A DNA stretch of 64,000 nt, from positions 396,030 through 460,029 of the forward strand of contig RDEW01000004.1 in NCBI GenBank assembly GCA_011109175.1. Direction: 5' to 3'. The notes under the pieces were generated by a model. It saw nothing but the letters and a program-made list of their open reading frames with translations. It searched no databases and had not been told where the DNA came from. A program made the translations under genes and the position numbers. Shown here one piece after another: positions 47,871 to 60,871 of the stretch; position 1 is the stretch's first letter; every line of letters starts with the position of its first letter. The stretch comes from Dicyema japonicum (taxonomy: Eukaryota > Animalia > Dicyemida).

Positions 47871-48889
47871 TTAGGCAATTACCATCTAAAATGTGTCTTT
47901 TCGAGGACATGGGGGTTATAAGTATTATGGCTTTCCCAAACGTGTGCAAATTAGTTGATTACTTTGGACACGTTTGATATAAGAGAGTAGTCAAAAGAAG
48001 ATGAACACACAAATTTTCAAGTCAGATTGCCCATGATCACTTAAATTTTGGTTATGTCTGTAAGAATATTGTAGCCTTTATCACAAATGCATCTCCCAAC
48101 TTCAAATGTCTTCACTACAAGCTGAACTACTCTTTATACCGACACAATATGCAGTAATCAGATCCTCCATTCATGCGATACTCCTTGGCAGTGTCTCCCA
48201 CTCCTGTTGGATTTAATCTGCTATTGAAGGTTTAAGGTTGAATTATCTGTTTAGGGTTTTTAAGGTTCTGCTCGTGAAAGTTTCCTCTGACTTGTGCACA
48301 TTACAAATTTTCCATACTCATCCAAAAATACAAATATGACTAATCCACATGACGTAAACTAGTAAATCTATACTATGGTGGTAAATGGGGCTCAATTTGA
48401 CGTCTTCGTTTATTGTGAACTGTCTTGGTGGAATCAGAAAATTTGTAAATTAGGATTCTTGAAATTCAAGCCGGAATTTGGTTTTAAGGTAATCTTATTA
48501 ATATTCATTTTAATGGAATATATTGGACTGATGGGAAGCAGCGTTTTCAAACGCAATTACAATTTTTCCGTTCAAGGAGGACATTGGTATGGATGCCACG
48601 TTCGTCCACTTTGTCCATCAACACTATTGGAAGCGCGTAGACACGTTGTATGTCGCGGAAAAGCTATGAAGACCAAGGGAAAAACTACGAAGTGCTGTTA
48701 GACCTGTTCCGCCAATCGTAGTTGAGGTAACTGGAGGAAATCAGTTCCTATTTTCAGAAGCTGTGACGTCAGACTACATTCAAAAGCCAAGATGGACGTG
48801 AGACTCAGTAAATTCTTCAGTGATTTCCATGCAATTGAGGGAGGCAATGCAACGTCGTTTATGTCGGTGGGGACTATTTTGTTACAAAT

Positions 48890-49330
48890 TACAATCAAAA
48901 CCCTCTCCTTCTCTTAGAAGAAGAGTGTACCATCAACTCCCTGTTATTCCCCATCTCCACATCAGAGTCATCGAATATTGCTGTTAGAGTCCAGTGGGAT
49001 GTCCTCACGGCATGCCAGTTGCACAAGTTGGGAGGTAGCAGAGGTGTACTCTTCATCAAACCTTGTATTCAATCAGCATACTTTGAGAGTCTTTTTCAAC
49101 ACAACAGACTGGATGTAAGTTCTCGTTGCTCTCTCAACAGATAGCTTATAGTTTTGGAAGCATTTCGAGACAACTCATCCCATAACCAGTGGGATAATCT
49201 TTACTTAATAATCGTAGCGAAAACTCACTTGCGAGGAGGTCTTACTTGTGTCATTTTCTACTTCCACCTGTTTAGGCGATGCTGAAATGTAATTCCCACT
49301 TCGATTAGAATTATCTCATTCTTATCCTTT
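48890..49330 (-). mobile_element. R4/Dong-like RLE retrotransposon 3' end
   Basis: IEVGITFQ...; collinear with 84-510, including the 3' UTR. Confidence 0.75.
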
Positions 49331-50064
49331 TATATCTGGTTGGTTGAACTGTACTTTCGTTAGAATCGACGTATTGACCCTTATCTTAACATTCTGTGTT
49401 AATAGAATCGACTGAACTGAATGTACTTCAACCTTATAGCCTTTTTGATTCCATATACTCTGCATAGATGGAGATGTAAGCATTTTACAACTTTGTTGTG
49501 TCTTGGACGTAATCACTATTTAACATTCTACCACAATGAGTGGCCAAGGGATCAACAGTCTTCTTGTTTTTCTTGCAATGGTTACATAACGTCCCCGACG
49601 TAGAAAAGAACAAATTCCTGTCTAACAAAAGGAAATATTTCCTTTTGATAACAATCCGGTGGAAGTTTCTACATCAACATAGGGTTCCTTCGTGCATTTG
49701 AAGAGCACAAAAAAGCCCCTGAAGCTCAGTTGGCTAGTAGTCGTGTTGATAACACGAAGGTCAAAGATTATCTAATTTATGCAAATTGAAAACTCGTGTA
49801 TTGACTTTTTCTAATACAAAATTATTGGGAACTGGTGAATGCATTAAAAAGAAGAGAATAAATCAGAAGGGATTCTTCCCACAATTGCTGCCGAGACAAC
49901 TTAGAGCATAAGCTGGAAGATACTGTTTTTTCCCTAGAGACCGGGACGTCTGAGTTTAGCCAGATGTCCCAATTTCTATTCAACCTTCTCTAGTGCTCTA
50001 TGCAACTTCACATTAATTATGCCGGGGGATTCAATAGAATTAATGAATGCTGTTAAATTTAAAT

Positions 50065-50700
50065 TCATTGAACCAGAAAACCACCGTCACAACTAAAACG
50101 AAGAAATTCAGTTAATCAGGGCCTCCCTCAGCTGTCTTCGCTTTTTTCCTGGTGTTCAGACTGCGTCTCGACACATAAGGACGTGGTTCCCGCGCGCAAA
50201 TTTTGCAAGAAAATTGTCCAGTCACTTAAACGATTGTTTCAAAGCTATGAATCAAGTTCGTTGCCCCAAGGTTTGTCCTCCAAGCAGCACATGTATAGCC
50301 AATTATAGGGCTTATGTACTGCTTATATAGGATATCCAACCCATTTAGGCCTTTAAAGTCTCTTAGATTTCCAGAAAAACCTTCATGAAGTGAATCTTCT
50401 TCGTACAAGCCGATACTACCTTTTCAAACAGGCGTTGGTAAGGTTAAGAAGGTGTCGAAGGTAACTCCGAGAATCTTTTGGGTTTTATTTTGCGGGATAG
50501 TTTTCTCGTCTAATTTGACGTTAATAGTTTCCCCAGTCTCCTGTTTGACGTGAAAAAGATCAAATTGACTTCTCGGCTCTCAATTGGTTCCCATAAAACC
50601 ACAAACTCAGATTATTCAAGCTGTCCTGTAATCTTCGCATCGATAATACTCATATCCCTCGATGCAAAGACTATATCATCCGAGTATGACAGTACATATT
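50065..50700 (-). mobile_element. APE-type LINE 3' part (tail C)
   Basis: YSDDIVF, KILGVTFD, YISPIIGYTCAAW and tail at 50065-50140. Confidence 0.75.
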
Positions 50701-50744
50701 GTTGTCACCTTTAGGAATTGGTAGGTCATCTTGGAAACTGGGAT

Positions 50745-51500
50745 CACCTAATTAGTGAGTTGATCCTTTCTTTCTTGGTGTTCTTAAGGGTTTCAAAATA
50801 AATAATAAATTCTAACTAATCGTAGAGGGAGAACCAAGAAATGCTCTTTACTTCTTTTTGTTGAATGTGAGTCTCTGTAGACGATTCGGTTCCACAGTGA
50901 GATGTTCACTGATGATGGCGTCCATCGTCAAGCCAAAGCATCGTATATGCGTGGAACCTTCATCCGGAATACACAACAAAGAGATTCACAGAGTCAAATG
51001 CCTTCTGGATGTCGATCGAGTAGAAAATCGACATTTCCTGTCCGGGATCTTTTGTTTAGACGATGTTATGAATTCCTTTAATTTATTAGGTGTGAGACAG
51101 TTGATCGCCCTTTTTTGAAGCCATGCTGAAACCTGGCGTCTGGGAGAGAAGGACGGGTGACTGTCATAACCAGTTTTTTAGGATTCTTATCTGGACACAC
51201 AAAGGCGACACCGGTCTGTAGGAGTCGGGGTCCTCCTTTAGTTTCTCAGGCTTCAGGATTGGATGAATAATAGATAGTTTCCATATAGCAGAGATTGAGT
51301 TGAAATTGATCGAGTGGTTTAAAATGCTCATTAGTGCAGAAAAAGCCAAATTGCCCAAGTTTTGACAGGATCGCTGGAATCTAGTTTGCCCACAGGAATG
51401 AGTATTCTTTGACAGATAAATCTGTGTGCCACACCGATTATTTATTTAACTCCAAGACCACAAGAAAGATAGGTCAAAACTAACTAATTAGGCCACACCG
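50745..51500 (-). mobile_element. APE-type LINE RT N-terminal fragment flanked by isolated tail-A copies
   Basis: WKLSIIHPILKPEK..DSYRPVS. Tails at 50745-50810 (+) and 51440-51500 (-). Confidence 0.7.
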
Positions 51501-51624
51501 ATGAAAATGCGACAAACGTATCGTTGCACTCTAGAGAAAATATCCATTCAATATAACTGTTAATTTAAATAATAATTTTTCTTTAAAAAATAAATAAAAA
51601 TAATAATAAATAAAAGTCGTCAAC

Positions 51625-54420
51625 ATGAGCAGTTTAATACACGGAATCGTAAAGCAAGTAAGTAATTTATTTACCCAAAGATCCTAAGCGGAAATATGCT
51701 AATAATAAGTGACTTAAATGGACAGAGACCCACACAACATAAATTACTCCTTATTAACGTTGTTTCTCCCCGATTAGCACAGGAATTTGACAAATCAGTA
51801 TAACTCTGACATTATTTAAGACTGACCAGCCATTCTCATGGGAGGCCCGGGAATTCTTAAGAATCAGATACCTCGGCAAGCGCGTGGTTGCCAGAATTCA
51901 CAGACAGCATAACGAATTCTACCTATCTACACTCTATTTGGCTAACTGTACTTAGTATGAATATTTTAGCCGATGGAAACCCCCAGTCCTCGGCCTCCAT
52001 CAACCAAAATGTGGTTCTTTCTGGCCTCGTGGTCGTCAAGAAGATAGCAGGAAGGGACTCCGGCATGTAGTTTTGATGCTTATCGTAGTTTAGAGTACAA
52101 ACAAATGATTGCCTGTGAGAAACACGCCAGAGAAAGCAAACGAGGACAATGGGGGGACTCTAATATACCCACGTGTCGAAAAATTCGCTGGAATGTTGAA
52201 GATGTGAACACATTTGTTAGTGAAAATGCAGGCAAGACTCTCACTGGTTGTATTTGGTGCATAATTAGCTCTGGTTGAGGGAGTTGTTGGACCCTCCTTC
52301 CTTCGACTTCTCTTGTTGGAGTCCTGGACTTACTTGAATACTCTCATTGATGGGATTTTTGTAAGTCATGCTATTATTTTTGGTTCCAAATTCTAAGAAA
52401 GACCAGGTCGACAAAATTGTGGAGGAGGGGAAGTCGTTTGTAGAGTCCAGGTTCCTTCAAAGACAGGTCACGGTGGAGATCAAAGGAGTCACCAAGCAAG
52501 GAATAGTGATTTCCAGCGTTTCACATCCAGTTGAAGGGGATGTTGCACTCAGACTGCTCGAAGAGGGGTTCGGTAGAATATTTGTTTCTTGTTGTAAAGA
52601 ATATTTATACGCGGAACAGTTTTGGCGGTAAAATTTATTTAGAATCGCTAAGATTTCCCGCCTTCGTTTGTGGGAGGATTACATTGAAGATGAGGATTCA
52701 CGAACAGAATCGTCAATTGAAGGGAAAGTGGTGGACATTATTGGGGCAGAGGGACTTGTCATTTATGTCAGCAGTACTAAAGAACGTATCAAAGTCCGTC
52801 TTACAGGATATCAGATTTCAAGGTAGCGTTTGATGCAAATTTATAGTTGTGACATGGAATGGAAAGAAAGACTTAGTTATTCTATCCCCTTCCTGTTTGA
52901 AGCTCGACAATTATTGAGAGAGACTCTATTTGAAAGAATGGCTGGTTATTTCGTTAATGTGACAGGTGACCGCTTATATTGATGGAAAAATACCGATTAA
53001 GGACAATTTTGTGTTCTTTGCGACTGTTTTTGTAGGCTCAAAGTACTTTTTATGTTTATTGGAGTAATGTGTCCTGTCTGCTGTTGGAAAAGGGATTGGG
53101 TTACTACAAAGGAAGTTCCTTGAACTTTGTTGGAAAGAATGATCTGGTCATGGCTGAGAAGAGAGCCAAAGAGTCAGGATTGGGAGTCCACAACCGACTT
53201 GCTCAGCCAATTAGAGTATTGGATGTGACACAAGTTGGTCTTTGGTTAACCCAGAATGCCAGTCATGCAAAATTAATGCTCCAATCATATGAGATGCTCG
53301 GTTGGACTTCCGTAATTGTGGATAAGGTGAAAACTGCCTCTAAAATGAGTCTGATTCTGAAGGAAAACTTCCATAAGATCAATTTTGTTCTCTATGGGAT
53401 CTTCACTGAGGCCAGTAGAGAGGAAGATTTTGGTTTTGGACTTGAGGCCTTTGAGTACACAAGAGTGAGGTCCATCAGAGAGACCAATGTTCGGATTCTC
53501 TCCATAGACAAATATGGGTCCTTCATTGGATGGATGACTGTCGATGGAGTAGATCTTTCAACCGCTTTAATACAGGAAGGATTGGCCTGGGTTAGTGGGA
53601 TCTCCATCCATCGAGAGAGCACCCAGTCCTTACAGAATGCTGAGGAACTGGCCAAACAGAAGAGAATCAAAGTATACTACTATCAGAATATAGGTTTGGC
53701 ACGATTTTGTTGAGAAGAACGAGATCGCGGAGGATCGGACCTTGGTTCTGAGTGAGGTATGCATATCCTACATTTACAATGATGTTTTTTATGTTCAAAA
53801 AGTGACCGAATGTAAGCTGAATATGAAAAGGTTTAGTGACCAGGATTGAGGAACTGATGAGGGAACTGAATCCAACCACGAGGACATTTCTGTCACCGAT
53901 TGTTCAAATAAGGAAGAACTTGGTATGTGTGGCTAAGGCAGGGCGGGATAACAACTGGTACCGAGCCAAGATCATGTCGGTAGACTCTTCTGGCTTGATG
54001 GAGCTATATTTTATGGACTATGGATTTGTAAGCTGGGGGATTACGTAGATTGAGTTCTCCACAGCGAGTGTTCGCTATCTCCCATGCCACATGTTTGATA
54101 TCCCTGCCCTGTCCATTCCATGCAGACTTGCCTTTGTAGAATATCCAGTAGATGAACAGATGGTGACGAAGATTGTGCGGATTATGGCGGAGAGGACTAA
54201 GGATAGCTCGTTTGTGAGTGTTCAAATAAAGGAAGGAGTGAACCAGGTCATTCTGTTCACTTCTGTGGGAGAGGAAAGACTGGATTTTGGGTTGGACATG
54301 GTGAGGAAGGGGTTTTGTACAGTGAGGAAGAAAATTTCTTTAAAATTTGATGATATTGTGAGTGAATATAGAAAGGCAGAGGAGAAAGCAAGGAGTGAAA
54401 GACTCAATTTGTGGGAATAA
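51625..54420 (+). CDS. SND1: Tudor staphylococcal nuclease (Tudor-SN)
   Basis: HGIVKQ|ILSG, QPFSWEAREFLR..LGKRV, repeated SN domains, Tudor CVAKAGRDNNWYRAKI..LYFMDYG and terminal EEKARSERLNLW; many micro-introns. Confidence 0.9.
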
Positions 54421-54559
54421 GGGTGATAGTGCCTGAATTTGTATTACGAATATGAAAAATTATTTACATATTTTGGATTTTATTGTGTTTTTGTCAATCT
54501 CTCAATTTTTTTCAGTTTAAATTTATTAAAAAACATAAGGACAAAGCATTAGTTAGTAA

Positions 54560-54640
54560 GATGACGCCCTCACTGCGTGGCTGTTCCCTCTCAGAATTGC
54601 GAGCGAGATTAGCTCAAACAGCCAGCTGCGTTCGCGGAGA
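54560..54640 (-). mobile_element. CRE-like 3' fragment
   Basis: Encodes WLFELISLAILRGNSHAV. Confidence 0.65.
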
Positions 54641-54666
54641 TCTCCAGTGCATATTTGTTTCATTAG

Positions 54667-54750
54667 TAGGGCGATTTTTTACAATAAAATCAAAAATTCA
54701 TATGTTCTTTAAAATTGTTTGAAACTTATAAAAATGTGATTTTTATAGGC
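54667..54750 (+). repeat. hAT family 2 left terminal sequence (TIR TAGGGCGATTT)
   Basis: Matches 35249-35330. The inverse AAATCGCCCTA is at 62090-62100. Confidence 0.55.
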
Positions 54751-55409
54751 CAAAGAACAAGACTTCCCATGCGCTAATGATTTGGCGAAGAAAACATAGG
54801 CAGATTCTTCAATGGGGAGGAACACATAACGGACTATGATCGATCCAAGGCTGCTGACAACATCATACAGTCCTAATATTAAAATAACAATAAAATTATT
54901 AAAAATTATTCAAAAATAAAAAAAGTGCATAAAATTTTAAATTCAAACCGGCAGTTTCGATCAGATTCATAACGCAAGATAATATTTTTCTGCTTCTCTC
55001 AAAATCTGCTTAATTAAAAACTGCTGAGCGAAGGTTCCAATCAATTTAACGTGCCCCCGGAAGGCAAGGACAGAACAGTAGGGAAGGGACTAGCCAAATG
55101 CCATTTCTTTAAAAATCATCAGAAAATACAGCAGAAAAATAACAGAAAAGTAAACTCCTTAATCTACTTACACCTGAATTACACGTGCATAGACGAACGC
55201 CATTAGCCCGGTTTCCCAACGAAAGTATAAAATCAGGAAGACGAAAGGGAAAACTTAAATTAGCGAGAGCATCGACGGAAACCTAAGTCTCCCAAAGCAG
55301 TACTTTAAGGTTGCTCAGCCAGTACACATTGGCAATAATAACGAACGGGTAAGTCAAGGACTGGGAAATTGAACCACAAATTTTCCAAAATACAGCATCT
55401 TTGTAATCT

Positions 55410-56620
55410 CCCGTCTAAATGGTAGAGTCGGTCTCGATGAAGAAGAGCAACAGAACGACTACAATCGAGGCAATTAGAAATGACAAAGGAGTGCTTCAGT
55501 GGATCAAATTCGGCTTACAAAGACCAAATGATGTTGCTGAAACTTTGAGTGTCCGTGATGCTGATCCCACAGCACGTTTTGAGAATCGGATCCAAACTTA
55601 GATTCGTGATAGATCCGTGGAGTAGTAATAGTCTCTGTCATTTTTTACCTTGCACGTGCTCCAATTAAGGGAATTGACATGAATCTCAACGTGAATGCGT
55701 TTAGAAATAAGGAATTCACTCCAACAACTATCTAAGGATTTAATACCACATATGACTCTTATGGGGACATCATAGAAGGCTTGATTTAACGCTTTTGATT
55801 CATCCTCACCACATTGCATTATACGTAAATTTAAATTTCAAATTTACTAATTTAATTAAGTCAATGATTTTATATAAAAAAATATTTTCTATAATAAAAA
55901 ACTGGAATAAACTTTCTCTACGCGAGCACCTAGACTTGCTCAGAGACCGTTTAAGAAAGTTTGACTTTTATACCGAACGCAATTGAGGTAAAAGATGTCG
56001 TTCTGAGGGTGCTCAGAATATCGAACAGAACTGGGTACGAAAGATACCTCGATTGGAATCACGGAAGAAGATGGAGGTTCTTTGGAAACTTTTTGAAATG
56101 GACCTGGGTGCCCAGATAATTCGGCCATAGAGAACTTTCGCCTCTGACACTCCTCGATTCCGTAGACTGAACCACACCCGATGGTCTCAACAGAGACTAC
56201 AAAAGGTTGGAAAACGCCTGTATGGACTATGAAGGAGAGAATCTGGATTGGACTTGCTTACAAAATGTGAAGTAAGATGACTTTGTATTAGTTTCTCTGG
56301 TTGCACGATATTTATTGGCATTATTTAGATCATTGTTTTTTCACATCCTTCAAGATGGGACAAATTCACGTGCTCTCAAATCTTATTCAAACCAAAATAT
56401 TAGCACTTCATTTTAAATTATTTTTTAACTTTTCCAACTCAGGACTGGTTTCTCGTAGACCCTAAATTTTTTTAATGTAAAAAACATTTTTTACCCCGAT
56501 TTTAGAATCACAAAAAATAGCCTATTCGGACAAATACGCACATAGAGCGAAAATTTGTTATTTTCCCGCTTCGTTGATTGAAGAAGCCATTATCTAACAG
56601 AACAATAGGAAAATGTGACA
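55410..56620 (-). CDS. Possible spliced gene, weakly cyclic-nucleotide-binding-domain-like
   Basis: Segments LFFVILKSG and VSVETIGCGSVYGIEEC with plausible micro-introns; the full model is not resolved. Confidence 0.3.
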
Positions 56621-56750
56621 GGGAAAACTAAGGCAGACAAGACAACAGGGAAGTGACCCGTAGATCCCCATTCTCAGTGGCATAAAATAGACACAATCAA
56701 CCGATTAAAGATAAGAGAATAAATCTTGAGTAAAACGAACAATAATCAAG

Positions 56751-59484
56751 TCACTTTAACGAGGAAACAATTTCAGTGATCATTATAAACGACCTTTGAG
56801 CCGTCGATTCTAGTCTAAGCAAGTCCGAAGGGTCCACCACATCATCAGCAGCTAATCATCACAACAGATAATAAACCAACTAGAGTCTCTTCACGCTCCT
56901 CTTCTGCCCATAAACAACTTTTCCGTAATATTCAAAAACGGGGACAGTCATGTTGGGAGTACAAGCGACAGTTTCAACCGAACATTTCAAGTTTTCTTCA
57001 ATTTCCCTCAACAACTGAAAATATTAAGTCAAATAGTCAGTCAATGATAACAAATTCAAACCTCAAATTCATTGTACCAAATACAGCATCCCCCATTAGA
57101 GACGAGGTTAGTATTATAGCATGGGTTACCCCTTCCACCACGGCAGTTTGAATGATACCACACCTAAGTATAATAAAATCCACCAAATTACCTTTTCGGG
57201 GTATTTAGAAACGAAGGAGATGGCAAGGCCCATTCTAAGCACTAGAGAACTACGGACAACCTATCAACTCTTCCAGTACGGCCAATGCGGTGGATGTAAT
57301 TCGCTGGGTCATCTGGGAGAGTCATATTGATCACTGAACATGAGATACTAAACTACCAAAGGGTAACTGACTGATGTGAATTCCTCTGCACGCGACGTCA
57401 GTTGATATGAGGAAATTCACACAGCCATTCTGAGAATAAGCCAACACCCACCTTGAATGAACTCAAATTTTCATTTCTCTGGCTTTGGCCGGAGTGAAAC
57501 GGAAGTGAAGAGAACATTTTGGCATTCTCGGGGGAAGCTGGAATACAAGTTACAGGGAACATTTGCAAATTTTCTGAAAATGACTGTGTAGGTAATCGCA
57601 GTCCAGTTTCGTACGGCAAAATATGATAGCCCTGTCGATGTTTAGTCTCCGAATCGTTCTAACGACGTACTCTCCTTTGAGCAGCTTTATGGCTTGGGAC
57701 CTCTCATCTAAGACAAGTAAAGTCAAAGGTACGTGAAATGTCGTGACTTCTTTCATTTTGATGAACCTGATCAGTCCGAATTGGAGAGGAGAGTTGTCTC
57801 CAGTCTCCATCAGTATCAGGATCCACCAAACAGACCTAAAATTCAAAACCAAAGCAAACGATGTGGTGGACCGTATCGGGACGTTGTCCTCCCTTGAGGT
57901 CCACAAAGGTAGCAAATGGCATTCGTTGCTGAGCAAATTTCCGTATAGCCACGTTATGTAGAGTGGCGGAGCAGACTACAACCTGCAAGCGGTCCCTTTT
58001 GTCAGTGAGGAACGTTTGAGTGATGAAAGCACAGTCATTGCTGCTAATAAGGCTATCGGCCTCGTCCAGTATCAAATATCTGCACTCCTTGGCATCCACA
58101 TAGTCAGAGTCAATGAACTCCTTCAACTTGCAACGACAATATGATTCTTCCTTTAAAAGTGACTATACCTTCTATGTTATAAATTCCCCCCTCTGAGTTT
58201 CAATGCTGATCCCACCAGTGAGCAATAAACAGTTAAACTGAAAAGGCTAAAACTACTGAATGTCAGCCAAGTAGGGTTTTAAGTCATTCAGCTGTTTGAA
58301 AGTCTGCACTTTAAGCAAATTATTACCTGGACGGCCAGTTCTCGTGAAGGCTAAAATTAGCGACAACCAACCTCAATGATAAACGAATTGGGGATTTTGA
58401 GCTTCTTTTGGGGGATTCTGAGAATGACAAAATACCAGCGTTTTTCATGTCGCTTGGAAAAGTCTTAAAATCAGCAACTAAATTAACCGCTAAAAAATTC
58501 TCTCTGACAAAGTTGGTGGAGACTTTACAGCCCTAAAGTATACAAGAAGCAGGACCTTTAGGGTCATGGCGGCGAAAAAGGGCACAGATCTTAATTTGTG
58601 TGGAATTTCGAATCCCAATCCTAAATCATTCCCTATTTAGAGTAAATCCCGATAATCCACCGTTTTTAGTAAATCGGATGACTCCCGCGTGTAAATCAAT
58701 AAAGGACCCCACAACGTCGTGAATCCCAAATTCCTCCCCGTAAGTGATGAATTGTCGATTATTCGATTTTTTGGCTGTACTGCCATAGCCGAACCCAAAT
58801 CTGTCCAATCCTAGGCAAAGACCGGCATCCATGGTTGACCACCCAATTCGGCATAACCCATCATTTTCGACTTTCACCTCAAAATATCCTAAAGTAATTA
58901 TTTTATATTATAATTTGAAAATTTAAATATTTTCAAATAAAATATTTAAAACCTGTTCTGGTGGTGGAAGAGGTGGATCGACTTCCAGCCCAGCGATTCC
59001 CTACTGCGCAGCTCTCATTTCCGTTAATAACTAGATTATAAAAGACTAAAACTGAAATCTCTTTCCTTGTCATTCGGATTCCATCCACAGTAGTTATTTT
59101 CTAGAAATAAAAAAATTTTACCAGAAGAGTCCTTTTCATTGATTTTGCCTACGTTTTGTAAGCTTTCTGCCACAATTTGTAGCAAAGGAATGCAGAAAGC
59201 CTTTAAGTAATAAAATCAGATACAGCAGTTTTTCCGCTTCCAGTCTCGGCAGTCTAGTAAAATAAGTTACTTTAAAAATGTGGTTTAAAATATGTAAGCT
59301 ACCATAAGAATGTCCCCTCCGCCGAGTATCAGAGGAATTGCCTCAGCTTGAATTTCTGTAGGCAGTCTATAAGTGGTTACTAGTATAAGTATACTCCCAG
59401 CCGAGTTTTGTTATTGCCTTTGAAATTTCAGGAATGACTCCCATTTCTGACATTAATATTTATATAACCCTCAAATGCTGTCAT
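56751..59484 (-). CDS. DDX1: DEAD-box helicase DDX1 with SPRY insertion
   Basis: [43 protein letters not shown] ([18 protein letters not shown]), [32 protein letters not shown] and GGCCIWYNE. Confidence 0.93.
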
Positions 59485-59849
59485 AATGTATGCCAACCAA
59501 CAAAGTCGATGATTTGAATTTTTATGAATTAATTTTAATAAAATAAATAGCAATTAATTAATTTATTATTTTTTTTATTTTTTGAGCATAAATTTTTTGT
59601 CAGTTCGACACTCAGACTGAGGTATTTCTTTAAAAAGGGTCATGTGAGGAATAAGAAAAGGGTCTTTAGTTGTTATGAGTGAGATCTCATCTAACTTTCG
59701 CCACATGAAGGTGACCCAGATCGAAAGTTTACCCATCAAATTTGAGGAATTGAATTTTAAAAACTTTATCTACTATATTTTAAATCAAAAATTATTGATG
59801 CAGTCATGTGCTCGATCCCATTGACTATTCTTGAAAGCTTCTCTCTTCC

Positions 59850-60330
59850 ACTGTGGATTAGGATGACGTTATGTGATCTACCTGCTTACAGCGAACACAC
59901 AGTCCAAGATGGCACTGGCGCAAGTGCAAAAAGCTTGGCTCCCTCCTAGGAGACCATGAAGACATTACAAGAAGGAAATCCCTAGCACAAACGGCCTCTC
60001 CAGACTGAAGAACATCTGCCTCCAGAAAAAGGGACATTATAACAAAAACTCGATTATACAACTAGTATAACGCTGGTACCTGGGCCTGCTCAAGAAATGA
60101 ACTGAAGAGGCTTAATGCGACCAACTACGGCATATGATGTTCGAAAGTAGTGATACGAGGATGTCATCTAATCTTCTTTATAAAAGGACGAAGACCTCTG
60201 AAATTTCAAATGAGATTCTGGGCTTTTCGGCCATATTCTGCGACTGGACCTAGATGCCCCCGAGAACATAGCCATGGAGGATTACTTCATGTTGGAAACC
60301 CCCCGATTCGTGAAAAAGAATATATCAAGG
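59850..60330 (+). mobile_element. RTE-like LINE RT C-terminal fragment
   Basis: KKLGSLLGDHEDITRRK...YNAGTW. Confidence 0.7.
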
Positions 60331-60871
60331 TCATTTCAAATGATTGGGAAAATAATATTAGAAATTTTTAAGAAAACTGGCATTTTGTACCCTCTGGACA
60401 TGGAAATATGTCGCGAGCGCTACTTGCAACTATGCGCTACTTGCAATATCGATTTTTTGAATTTTTTTGAATCTATGAAAATTGTTCTTTTGGATTAAAA
60501 TTCTAATTTTTAGTAATATAAAATATTAATTTTAATGTATAAAATTAATATAAACTATTAATTCAAATTTGAATTGTTATGTCACGCTTGTCCCACGTTG
60601 TTGTGGTGCTTCGTTTGTGCTAATGCTTAGTCCATATTATTTTTGTATTGTCTTACATTTTCTTCATTAATATATTAGTGGATTCATCAAATAGAGTTGA
60701 AAGGCTGTTATCAAAATGTCTAATATATATTTGTTTTTGACGGATATTTATATTTCATTCAGAGCACTTCCACGAATTCTTATGATATTGTCTGTACGAA
60801 AACTTCTGACCTGCCCCAATTTTGAAGAGTTTATTCAAAATATGCTGTTACAAAAAGCTTAAAGAAAAAAA

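Noticed and set aside
48375-48898. ORFs 48375-48701 (+) and 48698-48898 (-) as genes
   Set aside because: No recognisable motif and no consistent splice model; left unannotated.
57330-57400. DDX1 motif variants ([15 protein letters not shown]) as loss of function
   Set aside because: All core motifs are otherwise intact; these are conservative changes in a divergent lineage.
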